A program made the translations under genes and the position numbers. The notes under the pieces are model-generated. The model was given only the letters and a program-made list of their open reading frames with translations, made no database searches and was not told the origin of the DNA. A DNA stretch of 64,000 nt. Source: an uncultured delta proteobacterium (GTDB taxonomy: Bacteria > Myxococcota > Myxococcia > Myxococcales > Myxococcaceae). Of the stretch, positions 20,847 through 29,627 are shown one piece after another. How positions within the stretch are numbered: the first letter of the stretch is position 1; every line of letters begins with the position of its first letter. The DNA lies in the NCBI GenBank assembly GCA_963713045.1, contig CAVQKE010000003.1, forward strand, positions 576,001-640,000, read 5' to 3'.

Positions 20847-20850
20847 GGCC

Positions 20851-21582
20851 GTGCGGCTGCAGGGGAATCGCCGTTGGGTCTGGGCCGTCGCCTTCGCACT
20901 CGGCCTGTCCATTGGGACGTCCAGCGCCGACCAGTCACCTCCAGGGCCGGCCCCGCCTTCGCTTCTCGATGCCGGGCCTGCCCCCCGCGCGCAGCCGAGG
21001 ACACCTGCCCGGCCGATGAGCTGGCAAGGGGCGAGCTGGCTCACCCGGCCAGAGCGCGAGCTGGAAGAGCAGCCGGACCGCATGCTTCACGCCCTTCACG
21101 TGTTGCCCGGCCAGACGGTGGCCGACGTCGGTGCCGGCGTCGGCTACCACGCTTGGCGCCTTGCGGCGCGCGTCGGCCCCACCGGGACGGTGTACGCCAC
21201 CGACATTCAAGAGGAGATGCTTGGACTCCTCAAAGCAAACATGGCCCGGCACAATGTCCAAAACGTGGTCCCGGTGCTGGCCACCGCCGACAGCACCGGG
21301 CTACCGGACGGGGCGGTGGACTTGGTGCTGCTGGTCGACGTCTACCACGAGGCGGTGGACCCGCAGGCCTTCCTGCGCCAGCTGCGTCGGGCGCTGAAGC
21401 CCGCAGGCCGACTGGCGCTGGTCGAATTTCGTGCCGAGGACCCAACGGTGCCCATCCAGCCCGAGCACAAGATGACTGCCGAGCAAGCCATCGCCGAGCT
21501 GGCGCTCGGCGGGTTTCGGCTGGCGGAGCGCTATGAATTTCTGCCCTGGCAGCACCTGCTGGTCTTCGTGCCAGTGCCGTGA
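20851..21582 (+). CDS. Class I SAM-dependent methyltransferase with predicted signal peptide
   Basis: VADVGAGVG, DLVLLVDVYHE, LKPAGRL. Confidence 0.88.
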   Translation: MRLQGNRRWVWAVAFALGLSIGTSSADQSPPGPAPPSLLDAGPAPRAQPRTPARPMSWQGASWLTRPERELEEQPDRMLHALHVLPGQTVADVGAGVGYHAWRLAARVGPTGTVYATDIQEEMLGLLKANMARHNVQNVVPVLATADSTGLPDGAVDLVLLVDVYHEAVDPQAFLRQLRRALKPAGRLALVEFRAEDPTVPIQPEHKMTAEQAIAELALGGFRLAERYEFLPWQHLLVFVPVP

Positions 21583-21601
21583 GGCGTAGTAGCGTCGCGG
21601 A

Positions 21602-23638
21602 ATGTCCACTGGCTGGAGGTTGGTCGTTGCCACGCTGTGCGTTGCGCCGCTCGCCATCGCCGAGCAGGCGCCCGTCCTGCCCCACACCGACCCGGTGCTG
21701 GAGCGAGCCATCGCGCGCGTCTACCCAGCGCTGGTGCAAATCCACGTGCTGACCGCCTACAGCGAGGGCGGGCGCGAGCGGAAATTCCAGGCCTCGGGCA
21801 GCGGCGTCATCATCTCCGCGGACGGGCACGTCATCACCAACCACCACGTGGTCGGTAAGGCCACTTCCATTCGCGTCATCCTCCCCACTTTTGAGGAGTT
21901 GGAGGCGAAGCTGGTGGGGACCGACCCGCTGGCGGACATCGCCGTCATCCAGCTGGACCTCTCCAAGCGTCCGCCGGGCGCTCCAGCGCTGCCAGTCGCC
22001 CATTTCGGCGAGTCCTCCGCGTTGCGGGTGGGAGACACGGTGCTCGCCATGGGGTGTCCCTTGGCCCTCTCGCAATCCGTGACGCGGGGGATTGTCGCCA
22101 ACACCGACATGCGCATTCCCCGGGCGCTGGAGCTGGACGGGGAAAACGTCGGCTCGGTGGTGAAGTGGATTGGGCACGACGCTCAAATTTTTCCCGGCAA
22201 CTCGGGTGGCCCGCTGGTCAACTTGGACGGGGAGATTGTCGGCATCAACGAGTTGGGAATTGGGCTGGCTGGCGCCATCCCCGCCGACCTTGCCCGGGTG
22301 GTCGCCGAGCAACTCATCGCCAAAGGCCACGTCGACCGGGCCTGGACGGGAATGGTCTTTCAGCCACTGCTGAAGAACTCGCCCCCGTCGATGACAGGCG
22401 TGCTGGTCTCCGCCGTCCTCCCCGGGACGCCGTCGGCCGCCGCCGGGGTCAAGGCTGGCGACCGCGTGGTGGCGGTGGAGGGTCGTCCGGTCACCGTGCG
22501 CTTCGACACCCAGCTGCCCGCTTTCACCAATGAGTTGCTTCAGCGTACGCCGGGGGCACCGCTCAACTTGACGCTGGCGCGTGGAAGCCAAGAGCTGAAG
22601 CTGACGTTGACGCCGCTGTTGCGAGATGAAGCCCGCGCCAAGGAAGTGGAGGTCAAGGAGTGGGGGTTCACCGTCCGCCGGCTGACTCGGGTAGAGGCCA
22701 TCGACTTGCAGCGGCCCGACAGCAAAGGAGTGCTGGTGAGCACGCTGTTGCCGGGAGGGCCGTCGGACAAAGCCGTCCCCTCTCTTCGCGGCGGGGACGT
22801 CATCACCCATGTCGCACAACACCCAGTGGATTCGCCCGAGGCCCTCCTCAAAGCCACTGCGGACCTCCTCAAAGGCGCCCACGCGCCGGTGTCCACGGTC
22901 GTCGGCTTCGACCGCGGCGCCGAGAAGCTGTTGACGCTGGTCGAGGTGGGCATCCGACCGCCTCAGGAGCCGCCCGCCGAGGCCCGGCGGGGCTGGCTCC
23001 CGATGGCCACCCAGGTGCTTTCCCCCAAGCTGGCCACAGCCCTCGGCTACAAGGGACGCAAAGGCGTGCGCGTGACCCAGGTGTACCCCGACGGCGAGGC
23101 CACCGGCTTTCGGGTGGGCGACCTCATCACCAAGGTGGATGACACGCTGGTGGAGGCCAGCGAGCCCCAGGACGCCGACCTCTTCGACGCGCTGGTGCGG
23201 GCCTACAAGCCGGGGAGCAAAGCGCAATTCGCGGTGCTTCGGGACGGCAAACCGGTGGTACTGACCGTCACTCTGTTGGAAGGCCCACGCCAGGAGAACG
23301 AGTTGCGCGTCTACCAGGACGTGGTGCTCGAATTCCGCTACCGCGACATCTCCTACTTGGACCGGGTGAGGCGCCGTTGGTCGAAAGAGGAGGCCGGTGC
23401 CTTGGTCAGCCAGGTGGACGCCGGCGGCTGGGCGGCCGTGGGGGGGCTCCGCCCGGATGACCTGATTGCTTCGGTGGACGGAAAGCCGGTGCGCAGCGCA
23501 CAAGAACTCGAAGCGCTGCTTCGTCCGGTGAAGGACGAGAAGCCCCACCACCTCACCTTCTTCGTCAAGCGCGGCGTCCGGACGCTGTTCCTCGAGCTTC
23601 AGCCCACCTGGGGCGACATCCGGCAGGCCTCCAAGTGA
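21602..23638 (+). CDS. HtrA/DegP-like trypsin serine protease with multiple PDZ domains
   Basis: Triad motifs TNHHVV, DIAV, GNSGG; repeated GD.I..V.G PDZ motifs; signal peptide. Confidence 0.92.
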   Translation: MSTGWRLVVATLCVAPLAIAEQAPVLPHTDPVLERAIARVYPALVQIHVLTAYSEGGRERKFQASGSGVIISADGHVITNHHVVGKATSIRVILPTFEELEAKLVGTDPLADIAVIQLDLSKRPPGAPALPVAHFGESSALRVGDTVLAMGCPLALSQSVTRGIVANTDMRIPRALELDGENVGSVVKWIGHDAQIFPGNSGGPLVNLDGEIVGINELGIGLAGAIPADLARVVAEQLIAKGHVDRAWTGMVFQPLLKNSPPSMTGVLVSAVLPGTPSAAAGVKAGDRVVAVEGRPVTVRFDTQLPAFTNELLQRTPGAPLNLTLARGSQELKLTLTPLLRDEARAKEVEVKEWGFTVRRLTRVEAIDLQRPDSKGVLVSTLLPGGPSDKAVPSLRGGDVITHVAQHPVDSPEALLKATADLLKGAHAPVSTVVGFDRGAEKLLTLVEVGIRPPQEPPAEARRGWLPMATQVLSPKLATALGYKGRKGVRVTQVYPDGEATGFRVGDLITKVDDTLVEASEPQDADLFDALVRAYKPGSKAQFAVLRDGKPVVLTVTLLEGPRQENELRVYQDVVLEFRYRDISYLDRVRRRWSKEEAGALVSQVDAGGWAAVGGLRPDDLIASVDGKPVRSAQELEALLRPVKDEKPHHLTFFVKRGVRTLFLELQPTWGDIRQASK

Positions 23639-24474
23639 GGCGCCTTCAAGCCTGCGCACTGTCCGCCGCACTCCTTTGGGCGCTCGCCACGCCGGCCACG
23701 GACCTCCGCGCTGCCGGACGCGCCACGGCCGAGCAAGTCCGTCAAGCCGTCGTCACCATTCGCATCGTCCTCAAACTGAAAATCGGCTTCGGCGGACAGG
23801 CGCAAGACCAAGAACAAAAGGTGGAGGTGGCGGGCGTGGTGATTGACCCATCCGGGCTCACCCTGGCCAGTGCGGCCAGCATCGACCCCTCGGGGGCGTT
23901 GCGGAAAATGGCGGGAGGGCAAGCTTCCAGAATGAAGGTGGAAGCCGAGGTGAAGGAGACCACTCTCCTCCTCGAGGACGGCACCGAGGTCGAGGCCGAC
24001 GTCGTCCTCAAAGACACCGACTTGGACTTTGCCTTCCTCAAACCTCGCGAGGCCGGCAGACGCTTCAGCGCCATTCGGCTGCGTCCCCGCAGCGGGACGG
24101 TCCCGCTGCTGACGCCCATTTTCGTGGTGGCCCGGCTGGGAAAGCTGACCAGCCGCGCGCTCGCGGTCGCCACCGGCGAAATTCGCGCTTCGGTGCGTGG
24201 GCCCGCGCCCTACTACGTCACCGACGGCGAGACGGCCAGCTTCACCGGCTCGGTGGCGTATACCGCCGACGGGGTGCCACTCGGCGTTTTCGTCAACCGC
24301 TTCAGTGCCTCGCCTGACGCGCGAGGCGGCGGCTTCTTCGACGGTGCCTTCGGCCGCAGCAGTTCCGAGGCAGTGCTGACGGTGCTTCGCCCCGTGGACA
24401 AGGTGCTCGAATTGGCGGCCCAGGCCCGGGAGATGCCCCCACCCTCGAGGCCCGCGGAGGGCGTCGAGCCCTGA
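23635..24474 (+). CDS. Secreted trypsin-fold protein lacking catalytic His/Ser
   Basis: GVVIDPSGL and D.DLDFAFLK follow the S1 layout; GTGA overlap with the protease gene. Confidence 0.65.
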   Translation: MRRLQACALSAALLWALATPATDLRAAGRATAEQVRQAVVTIRIVLKLKIGFGGQAQDQEQKVEVAGVVIDPSGLTLASAASIDPSGALRKMAGGQASRMKVEAEVKETTLLLEDGTEVEADVVLKDTDLDFAFLKPREAGRRFSAIRLRPRSGTVPLLTPIFVVARLGKLTSRALAVATGEIRASVRGPAPYYVTDGETASFTGSVAYTADGVPLGVFVNRFSASPDARGGGFFDGAFGRSSSEAVLTVLRPVDKVLELAAQAREMPPPSRPAEGVEP

Positions 24475-24640
24475 TGTGGAACGACCTGTCAAATCTAGCA
24501 ATGGGGTCGGTCGTGCCTTAGCTCCTTTGCCTTGTGGAGCGGAGCAGGCCACCGGTCGAAGCGGCTTTCGCGACGGTTGATCACTCTGATGCTCGCGGGT
24601 CGGGCCACATGGTCGTGATCCGTCGGGAGCTGCCTCGGAC

Positions 24641-25069
24641 TTAGTCGTCTTCGGGGAGCGCGAGCTTGATGGTGTCAGCGGCCAGCCGGCGCAGCACCGC
24701 TGCAAAGCCGGGCTTGTCGAGCGAGCCTTCGGCAATCGCCAGCGTTGCGGCTTCTAGCTCGCGCTTGGGGTCGAGCACCGTTACGAAGTTGAGCCCGAGG
24801 AAAAAGAGCGCGGTATGCAGCCCCACCCGTTTGGTGCCGTCGACGAAGGGATGATTTTTTACGAGGCGCTAGCAGTACGCCGCCGCGACTTGGAATAGGT
24901 CGGCCTCGGACTCGTAGTGGAGAAGATTTTCCGGCGCGGCGAGCGCGGAGTCGAGCAACCCCGCATCCCGCAACGCCGTGCTAGCACCGCCAAACAGGCG
25001 AATCTGATCTCGGTGAATCCCTAGGACGTCAGCGCGTGAGGGAAGAAGCGGCGACCGTGCGTCGGCCAC
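24641..25069 (-). pseudogene. doc: Doc/Fic-family toxin with internal TAG at 24869-24871
   Basis: IH..QI..FGG...RDAGLLDSAL..P, AAAYC*RLVKNHPFVDGTKR. Confidence 0.88.
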
Positions 25070-25234
25070 TTAATTCGCAAGCGCGGCGAACGTGGCCGCG
25101 TGGTCGCGAAGAATCTGCCTGTTGAGTGCACGCTTGCGTGCCGCCAGCGCTTGCGGCGTCTCGTGGCCGTGCGACTTGCGCAGCCCCGGCTTAGAAGGCT
25201 TCGAGGTGCGGCGAAGATTCTTGGCGGTGCTCAC
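25070..25234 (-). CDS. Putative 54-aa Doc antitoxin (not in ORF track)
   Basis: GTG start; ends ILRDHAATFAALAN*; its stop codon abuts the doc GTG. Confidence 0.6.
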   Translation of the reverse strand: MSTAKNLRRTSKPSKPGLRKSHGHETPQALAARKRALNRQILRDHAATFAALAN

Positions 25235-25246
25235 AGCGGCCCTAGC

Positions 25247-25462
25247 TTAACCAGGCTCCCCGTGGCTGCGCCACCGCTGACGGGCGGACGACTGCCGGAC
25301 CGACTGCCAGGGCTTCGGCGCGGGGGCGTTTCCCATCTTAAGAGCAGCACCTGGACGGAACAGGCACCAACACCCGGCGCAGGCACCATTCCTTCCAAAC
25401 AGCTTCTCCAGGGCGGGCCAGAGGGCTGGCGCGAGGTCCCGAACTTCGACTGCCCTGGACAC
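25247..25462 (-). pseudogene. Truncated GNAT acetyltransferase (N-terminus only)
   Basis: L.P..WPALEKLFG..GACAGCWC N-terminal motif; similarity lost after ~38 aa, next to the TA insert. Confidence 0.6.
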
Positions 25463-25465
25463 GGG

Positions 25466-26863
25466 CTACAGTCCGCCCGCCGCCCGAGCACACCGGAGAA
25501 TGGCTTCCGCCGAGCGGTCAATGTCTTTCTCGGTGGTGTTCCATCCGCTGATGCTGACCCGCATCGCCGCGCGCCCGCGCCACACCGTGCCGCCGAGCCA
25601 ACAGGTGCCGTCCGCCTGCACCCGGGCCACCACGTCCCGTGTCAGCTGGTCAGCGTCCGCCCCGCTGGCCGACTCGAAGTGCACCAGCACCTGGTTGAGG
25701 GTCACCTCGTTGAGAACCCGGACGCGTGGGGCGGCGGACAGCTGTTCCGCCATGCGGCGGGCCAGCGCGCAGCAGCGTTCCACCAGGTCGGCAACCCCGC
25801 GGCGGCCCAGCGTCCGCAGCGTGGCGTAGGTGGGAATGCCCCTGGCACGCCGCGAAAACTCTGGCCCGAAATTGACTCCATCCCGCTCCTGGCCGGACTT
25901 CACCAGGTAGGCGGCATCCGCGCCCATCGCCCTTTGGAGGATGGCCACGTCCCGGACAATGGCCACCCCGGCGTCGTAGGGGACGTTGAGCCATTTATGC
26001 ATGTCCACCGCCCAGGAATCTGCCTGCTCCATCCCTTCCACCAGGTGCTGGCGGCTCGGGGCGACACGAGCAAACAGGCCGAAGGCGCCGTCCACGTGAA
26101 GCCAGCCCTGGTGCGCGCGCACGGCGTCGGCGATGGGACGCAGCGGGTCGACGGCCCCGGTGTTGATGTTTCCGGCCTGGGCGCACACCAGCGCCGGCCG
26201 ACCGAGGTCGGCCAGCGTGCGTTCCAGCGCTTCCGGACGCATCCGGCCCTGCCCGTCCACGGCCACCCGGACTGCTGTGCTGGAGCCAAGGCCGAGGAAG
26301 CGGAGGGCCCGAAGCACGGTGACGTGAACTTCCTCGCCCACCACCAGGGGCAATGGCGGGGCGCCGAGAAGTCCCTTGGCCTCAACGTCCCACCCGGCGC
26401 GGCTGAAGAGAGCATGGCGGCCCGAGGCCAGTCCAACAAAATTGGCCAGCTGCGTCCCGGTGACGAAGCCGACGCCTGAGTCCTTGGGTAACCCGAAGAG
26501 TTCGCACAGCCAGCGGCCGGCTGTCTCCTCCAGCACTGCAGCCAGGGGCGAGGCGACGTAGAGGCCGGCGTTCTGGTCCCAGTTGGAGGCAAGCCAGTCC
26601 GCAGCCACCGCCACCGGCTGGCTTCCACCGATGACGAAGCCGAAGAAGCGAGGACCGGCCGTCGCCATGAGGCCGGCGTCGCCCTCGACGGCCAGCGCGC
26701 GCAGCACGCTGTGGGCGTCCTCCCCTCGCTCCGAGAGCGGTCCGCCGAAGGTGCGGCGTAACTCGGCGGCGGTGGCCGACGGGGCCACCGGGCGCGTGGA
26801 GAGCGAGGCTTGAAAGCGATGGGCGTACTCCCCGGCCTCAGAGAGCAGGGCGTTGTCGGACAT
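25466..26863 (-). CDS. Group II PLP-dependent decarboxylase
   Basis: PRFFGFVIGG, AGNINTGAVD, LHVDGAFG, DMHKWLNVP. Confidence 0.93.
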   Translation of the reverse strand: MSDNALLSEAGEYAHRFQASLSTRPVAPSATAAELRRTFGGPLSERGEDAHSVLRALAVEGDAGLMATAGPRFFGFVIGGSQPVAVAADWLASNWDQNAGLYVASPLAAVLEETAGRWLCELFGLPKDSGVGFVTGTQLANFVGLASGRHALFSRAGWDVEAKGLLGAPPLPLVVGEEVHVTVLRALRFLGLGSSTAVRVAVDGQGRMRPEALERTLADLGRPALVCAQAGNINTGAVDPLRPIADAVRAHQGWLHVDGAFGLFARVAPSRQHLVEGMEQADSWAVDMHKWLNVPYDAGVAIVRDVAILQRAMGADAAYLVKSGQERDGVNFGPEFSRRARGIPTYATLRTLGRRGVADLVERCCALARRMAEQLSAAPRVRVLNEVTLNQVLVHFESASGADADQLTRDVVARVQADGTCWLGGTVWRGRAAMRVSISGWNTTEKDIDRSAEAILRCARAAGGL

Positions 26864-27135
26864 GGGGCAGGAGGTTCCTCCAGCCCGGGCAGCACAGTCG
26901 AGGGGAGGCCGCCGCCCGGCCGAGTGCGCTTGGGCCGGACAGAATGCTCCACCGCTGCGTCAGGCAGGGCCACGGTGCTGGAGACGCGCGGTATGTGGCG
27001 CACACACTGCGCGTGCTTTTCGCTTTCCCGTGGCCAACGAGGCAAGCCAGCTAAGCGCCGGAGCAGCCCAAGCCAGGTTGGCAAACTCACCGGCCTTTTG
27101 GGCGAGTGCCGTGCTAGGGAGGCAGCAACCAGGGC

Positions 27136-28350
27136 ATGGGGACTTCCACGCGCGGCTTTCTCGACCCGGCGCAGCTCGCCCAAAAACAGCTCAACCGAGA
27201 CCTCCGCAGGGTGGGGCCCCGCTGGCTTTTCGCGCACAAGTGCGACCGAATGGCAGCCTCGCCCTTCGACTTTCTCCGCGGCTCGGCGCCCCTGTTTTAT
27301 GCCGCACTGCGCAGAGTCCCGAAGCTGACCGCTGGGCCAGAGGGAAACGGCTGGCTGACGGGCGACTTGCACCTGGAAAACTTCGGTGTGTACCGGCCGC
27401 AGTCCCTGGTGGATGAAAGTAAAGCGGATGCCGTCGTCTTTGATGTCAACGACTTCGACGACGCGTTTGTCGGGCCCCAACGCCTTGACGTGCTGCGGCT
27501 GCTGACCAGCACCATTCTCGCCGCCAGGACGTGGGGACTGCCCGCCTTGGGCATCCGCGGCGCGGCGGAAGCCCTTCTGGACGGTGTGCTTGCGGGCCGA
27601 GCGGGCGGGACCGCCGGGCGACCCCCAGAGCCGGTCCGGGCACTGCTGGAGCGAGCCGCGGCACGCACGCGCAAGCAGCTGTTGGATTCACGCACCGAAG
27701 TCACCCCCAAGGGCCGCCGCTTCATCCGAGGTCACCGGTACCGCCCGCTGAGCGCTTCTTTCCGAAGCCAGGCGATGACGGCGTTCGCGAAGTACGTGCA
27801 CGGCCTACCCAAGGGCGTGCGGGGCAAGCGGCCCGAGGCCTGGGAGGTGTTGGACGTCGCCTTTCGCATCGCCGGGACGGGGAGCCTGGGCGTCCTGCGC
27901 GTCGCCGTGCTGGTGGCGGGCAAGGGAGGCCCGGACGGGGCGTGGATTTTCGACATGAAGGAAGAGGACGAGCCGTCGGGCCGCGCCTTCGCCACTGGCA
28001 ACGCTGGTCCAGGGGCACGCCGCGTCCTCAAAGCCATCCGCAAGTGCCTGGCCAACCCGCCCCGCATGGCCGGCACCACCAAGGCGGCCGGCAAGTCGCT
28101 TCTGGTGCGGCGCCTCATGCCTCAAGAGGACAGGCTGGCGCTGGCCAAGCTCGCCACGGCCGAACAGGAACCGGTGCTGCGCTACCTGGGGGTGCTGGCC
28201 GGCGCGCTGCACCGCCGCGGCGCCAAGAAGGCCCCCCGCTGGTCGCGAGACGACGCGGAGGTGCTGCTCGACAACGCGGTGACAGTGGCCGGCGTGTACG
28301 AGGCGGCGGCGCTCCACTATGCCGCCCTCGCCCGAGCAGCCAACGGCTGA
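27136..28350 (+). CDS. DUF2252 family (kinase-like) protein
   Basis: RMAASPFDFLRGSA, GDLHLENFG, FDVNDFDD, GTGSLG. Confidence 0.88.
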   Translation: MGTSTRGFLDPAQLAQKQLNRDLRRVGPRWLFAHKCDRMAASPFDFLRGSAPLFYAALRRVPKLTAGPEGNGWLTGDLHLENFGVYRPQSLVDESKADAVVFDVNDFDDAFVGPQRLDVLRLLTSTILAARTWGLPALGIRGAAEALLDGVLAGRAGGTAGRPPEPVRALLERAAARTRKQLLDSRTEVTPKGRRFIRGHRYRPLSASFRSQAMTAFAKYVHGLPKGVRGKRPEAWEVLDVAFRIAGTGSLGVLRVAVLVAGKGGPDGAWIFDMKEEDEPSGRAFATGNAGPGARRVLKAIRKCLANPPRMAGTTKAAGKSLLVRRLMPQEDRLALAKLATAEQEPVLRYLGVLAGALHRRGAKKAPRWSRDDAEVLLDNAVTVAGVYEAAALHYAALARAANG

Positions 28351-28441
28351 AAACTGGAGCTGTCAGCGTCCGCCGGTAAGCTTGCCGCTACAGGATTGTA
28401 CGCCGACGTCTCAACAGGCTTCCCCCCGGGTGGACCCCCGC

Positions 28442-28765
28442 ATGGATAGAGAACCCCTCCTCGACATCTTCGACGAGTTGAATCGCTTCCGCGAAGTGTT
28501 CGAGCGCGCTCAACGGCTGGTGGCGCCGGTCGTCTCGGAGCATGCGCAGCGTCTCGACGCCATGGCCAAAGGCCTGCGCAAGTTTTACGGGCCCTCGGTC
28601 GACCCCTTCATCCGTCAAGTGGACGACGTGCTGCTCACCGCGCGCCGCCTTACCGAGCCGATGAAGGAGATTCCGTTGGAAAAGCTTGGCGAGCGACGCT
28701 CCACGGACCGCCGACGGACCGAGCCCGCTGCCCCGCTTCCGGGACTCATCCCCCGCTCGCGCTGA
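28442..28765 (+). CDS. Hypothetical helical protein
   Basis: 107-aa ORF with host codon usage filling the gap before convergent msrB. Confidence 0.6.
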   Translation: MDREPLLDIFDELNRFREVFERAQRLVAPVVSEHAQRLDAMAKGLRKFYGPSVDPFIRQVDDVLLTARRLTEPMKEIPLEKLGERRSTDRRRTEPAAPLPGLIPRSR

Positions 28766-28775
28766 AGCGGCGCGC

Positions 28776-29189
28776 TTAGCGCTTCGGTTCAAAGGCGAGC
28801 GCGACGCCATTCATGCAGTAGCGCTTTCCCGTCGGTGCCGGGCCGTCGTCGAAGACGTGGCCGAGGTGGCCCCCGCAGCGTCGGCAGTGCACCTCGGTGC
28901 GGTTCATCAAGAAGCCGCGGTCTTCCTGGGTGCCCACGGCACCGTCCAGGGGGGCAAAATAGCTGGGCCAGCCGGTTCCGCTGTCGAATTTCGCCTCCGA
29001 GGAAAACAGCGGAAGCGCACAGGCGGCACAAAGGAAAGTGCCCGGATGCTTCTCTTGGTCCAAGGGGCTGGTCCCAGCGCGCTCGGTGCCGTGCTCGCGC
29101 AACACGCGGTAGGCGGCCGGCGACAGCTGCTTCCGCCAATCGGCCTCAGTTTTCACCACTTCAAAGGTTTCCGGGATGGGCTTGGCCAC
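28776..29189 (-). CDS. msrB: Peptide-methionine (R)-S-oxide reductase
   Basis: GTER, KFDSGTGWPS, GHLGHVFDDGP, RYCMN; two CxxC. Confidence 0.97.
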   Translation of the reverse strand: MAKPIPETFEVVKTEADWRKQLSPAAYRVLREHGTERAGTSPLDQEKHPGTFLCAACALPLFSSEAKFDSGTGWPSYFAPLDGAVGTQEDRGFLMNRTEVHCRRCGGHLGHVFDDGPAPTGKRYCMNGVALAFEPKR

Positions 29190-29497
29190 GCTTGCTCACT
29201 CCTGCGCAAGAGGCGCGCCACTGCCGCGAGGCCCAAGTCCACAGCACCGGAGCAGCACACGCCGAAGGGTTGGTTGCCGCTTCCATAACGCCGCCCGCGG
29301 TACCCGTCACCTTGCGCCGCCCCTTCCCTCAAGGCCTGTCGGCCGGATGGCGCAGGACTGTCCGAAGGACACCGTCAGGCCTGCGCTGCGGCACTCGGAG
29401 GCCAAGGGTGGGCTGCCAAGGGTGGTGCCTCCCGGATTGTCACCTCGGGGGACCCCCCGTTCCCCAGAGGCCCCCGGGGCTGGGGTGGCGGATGACC

Positions 29498-29528
29498 AAA
29501 CGCGCATCGGGCTGTTGCGCGTTTTTTT
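29498..29528 (+). terminator. Intrinsic terminator-like hairpin in the leader of the RND operon
   Basis: AAACGCGCA-N9-TGCGCGTTT ending in a T7 run. Confidence 0.5.
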
Positions 29529-29627
29529 CAGACACTTCGTTGCGAACGCATCGACTTGGCCGACGGGGCACGTTAGGCATTCGCGCTTGGCCCGGTTGTC
29601 GCGGCCACCCGGGGAGGTCGCCTCGCG

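Noticed and set aside
21230..23671. Long antisense ORFs (813 aa here; also 1810-3078, 35901-37604, 25100-26479)
   Set aside because: Shadow ORFs typical of high-GC coding DNA; no motifs
24869..24871. In-frame TAG in doc (and at 9262 in xis) as possible pyrrolysine or amber recoding
   Set aside because: TAG ends many intact genes here, no pyl genes are seen, and both loci show other decay
29340..29400. SRP RNA or a known riboswitch
   Set aside because: Lacks the SRP CAGG/GNRA/AGCAG arrangement and any aptamer consensus I recognise
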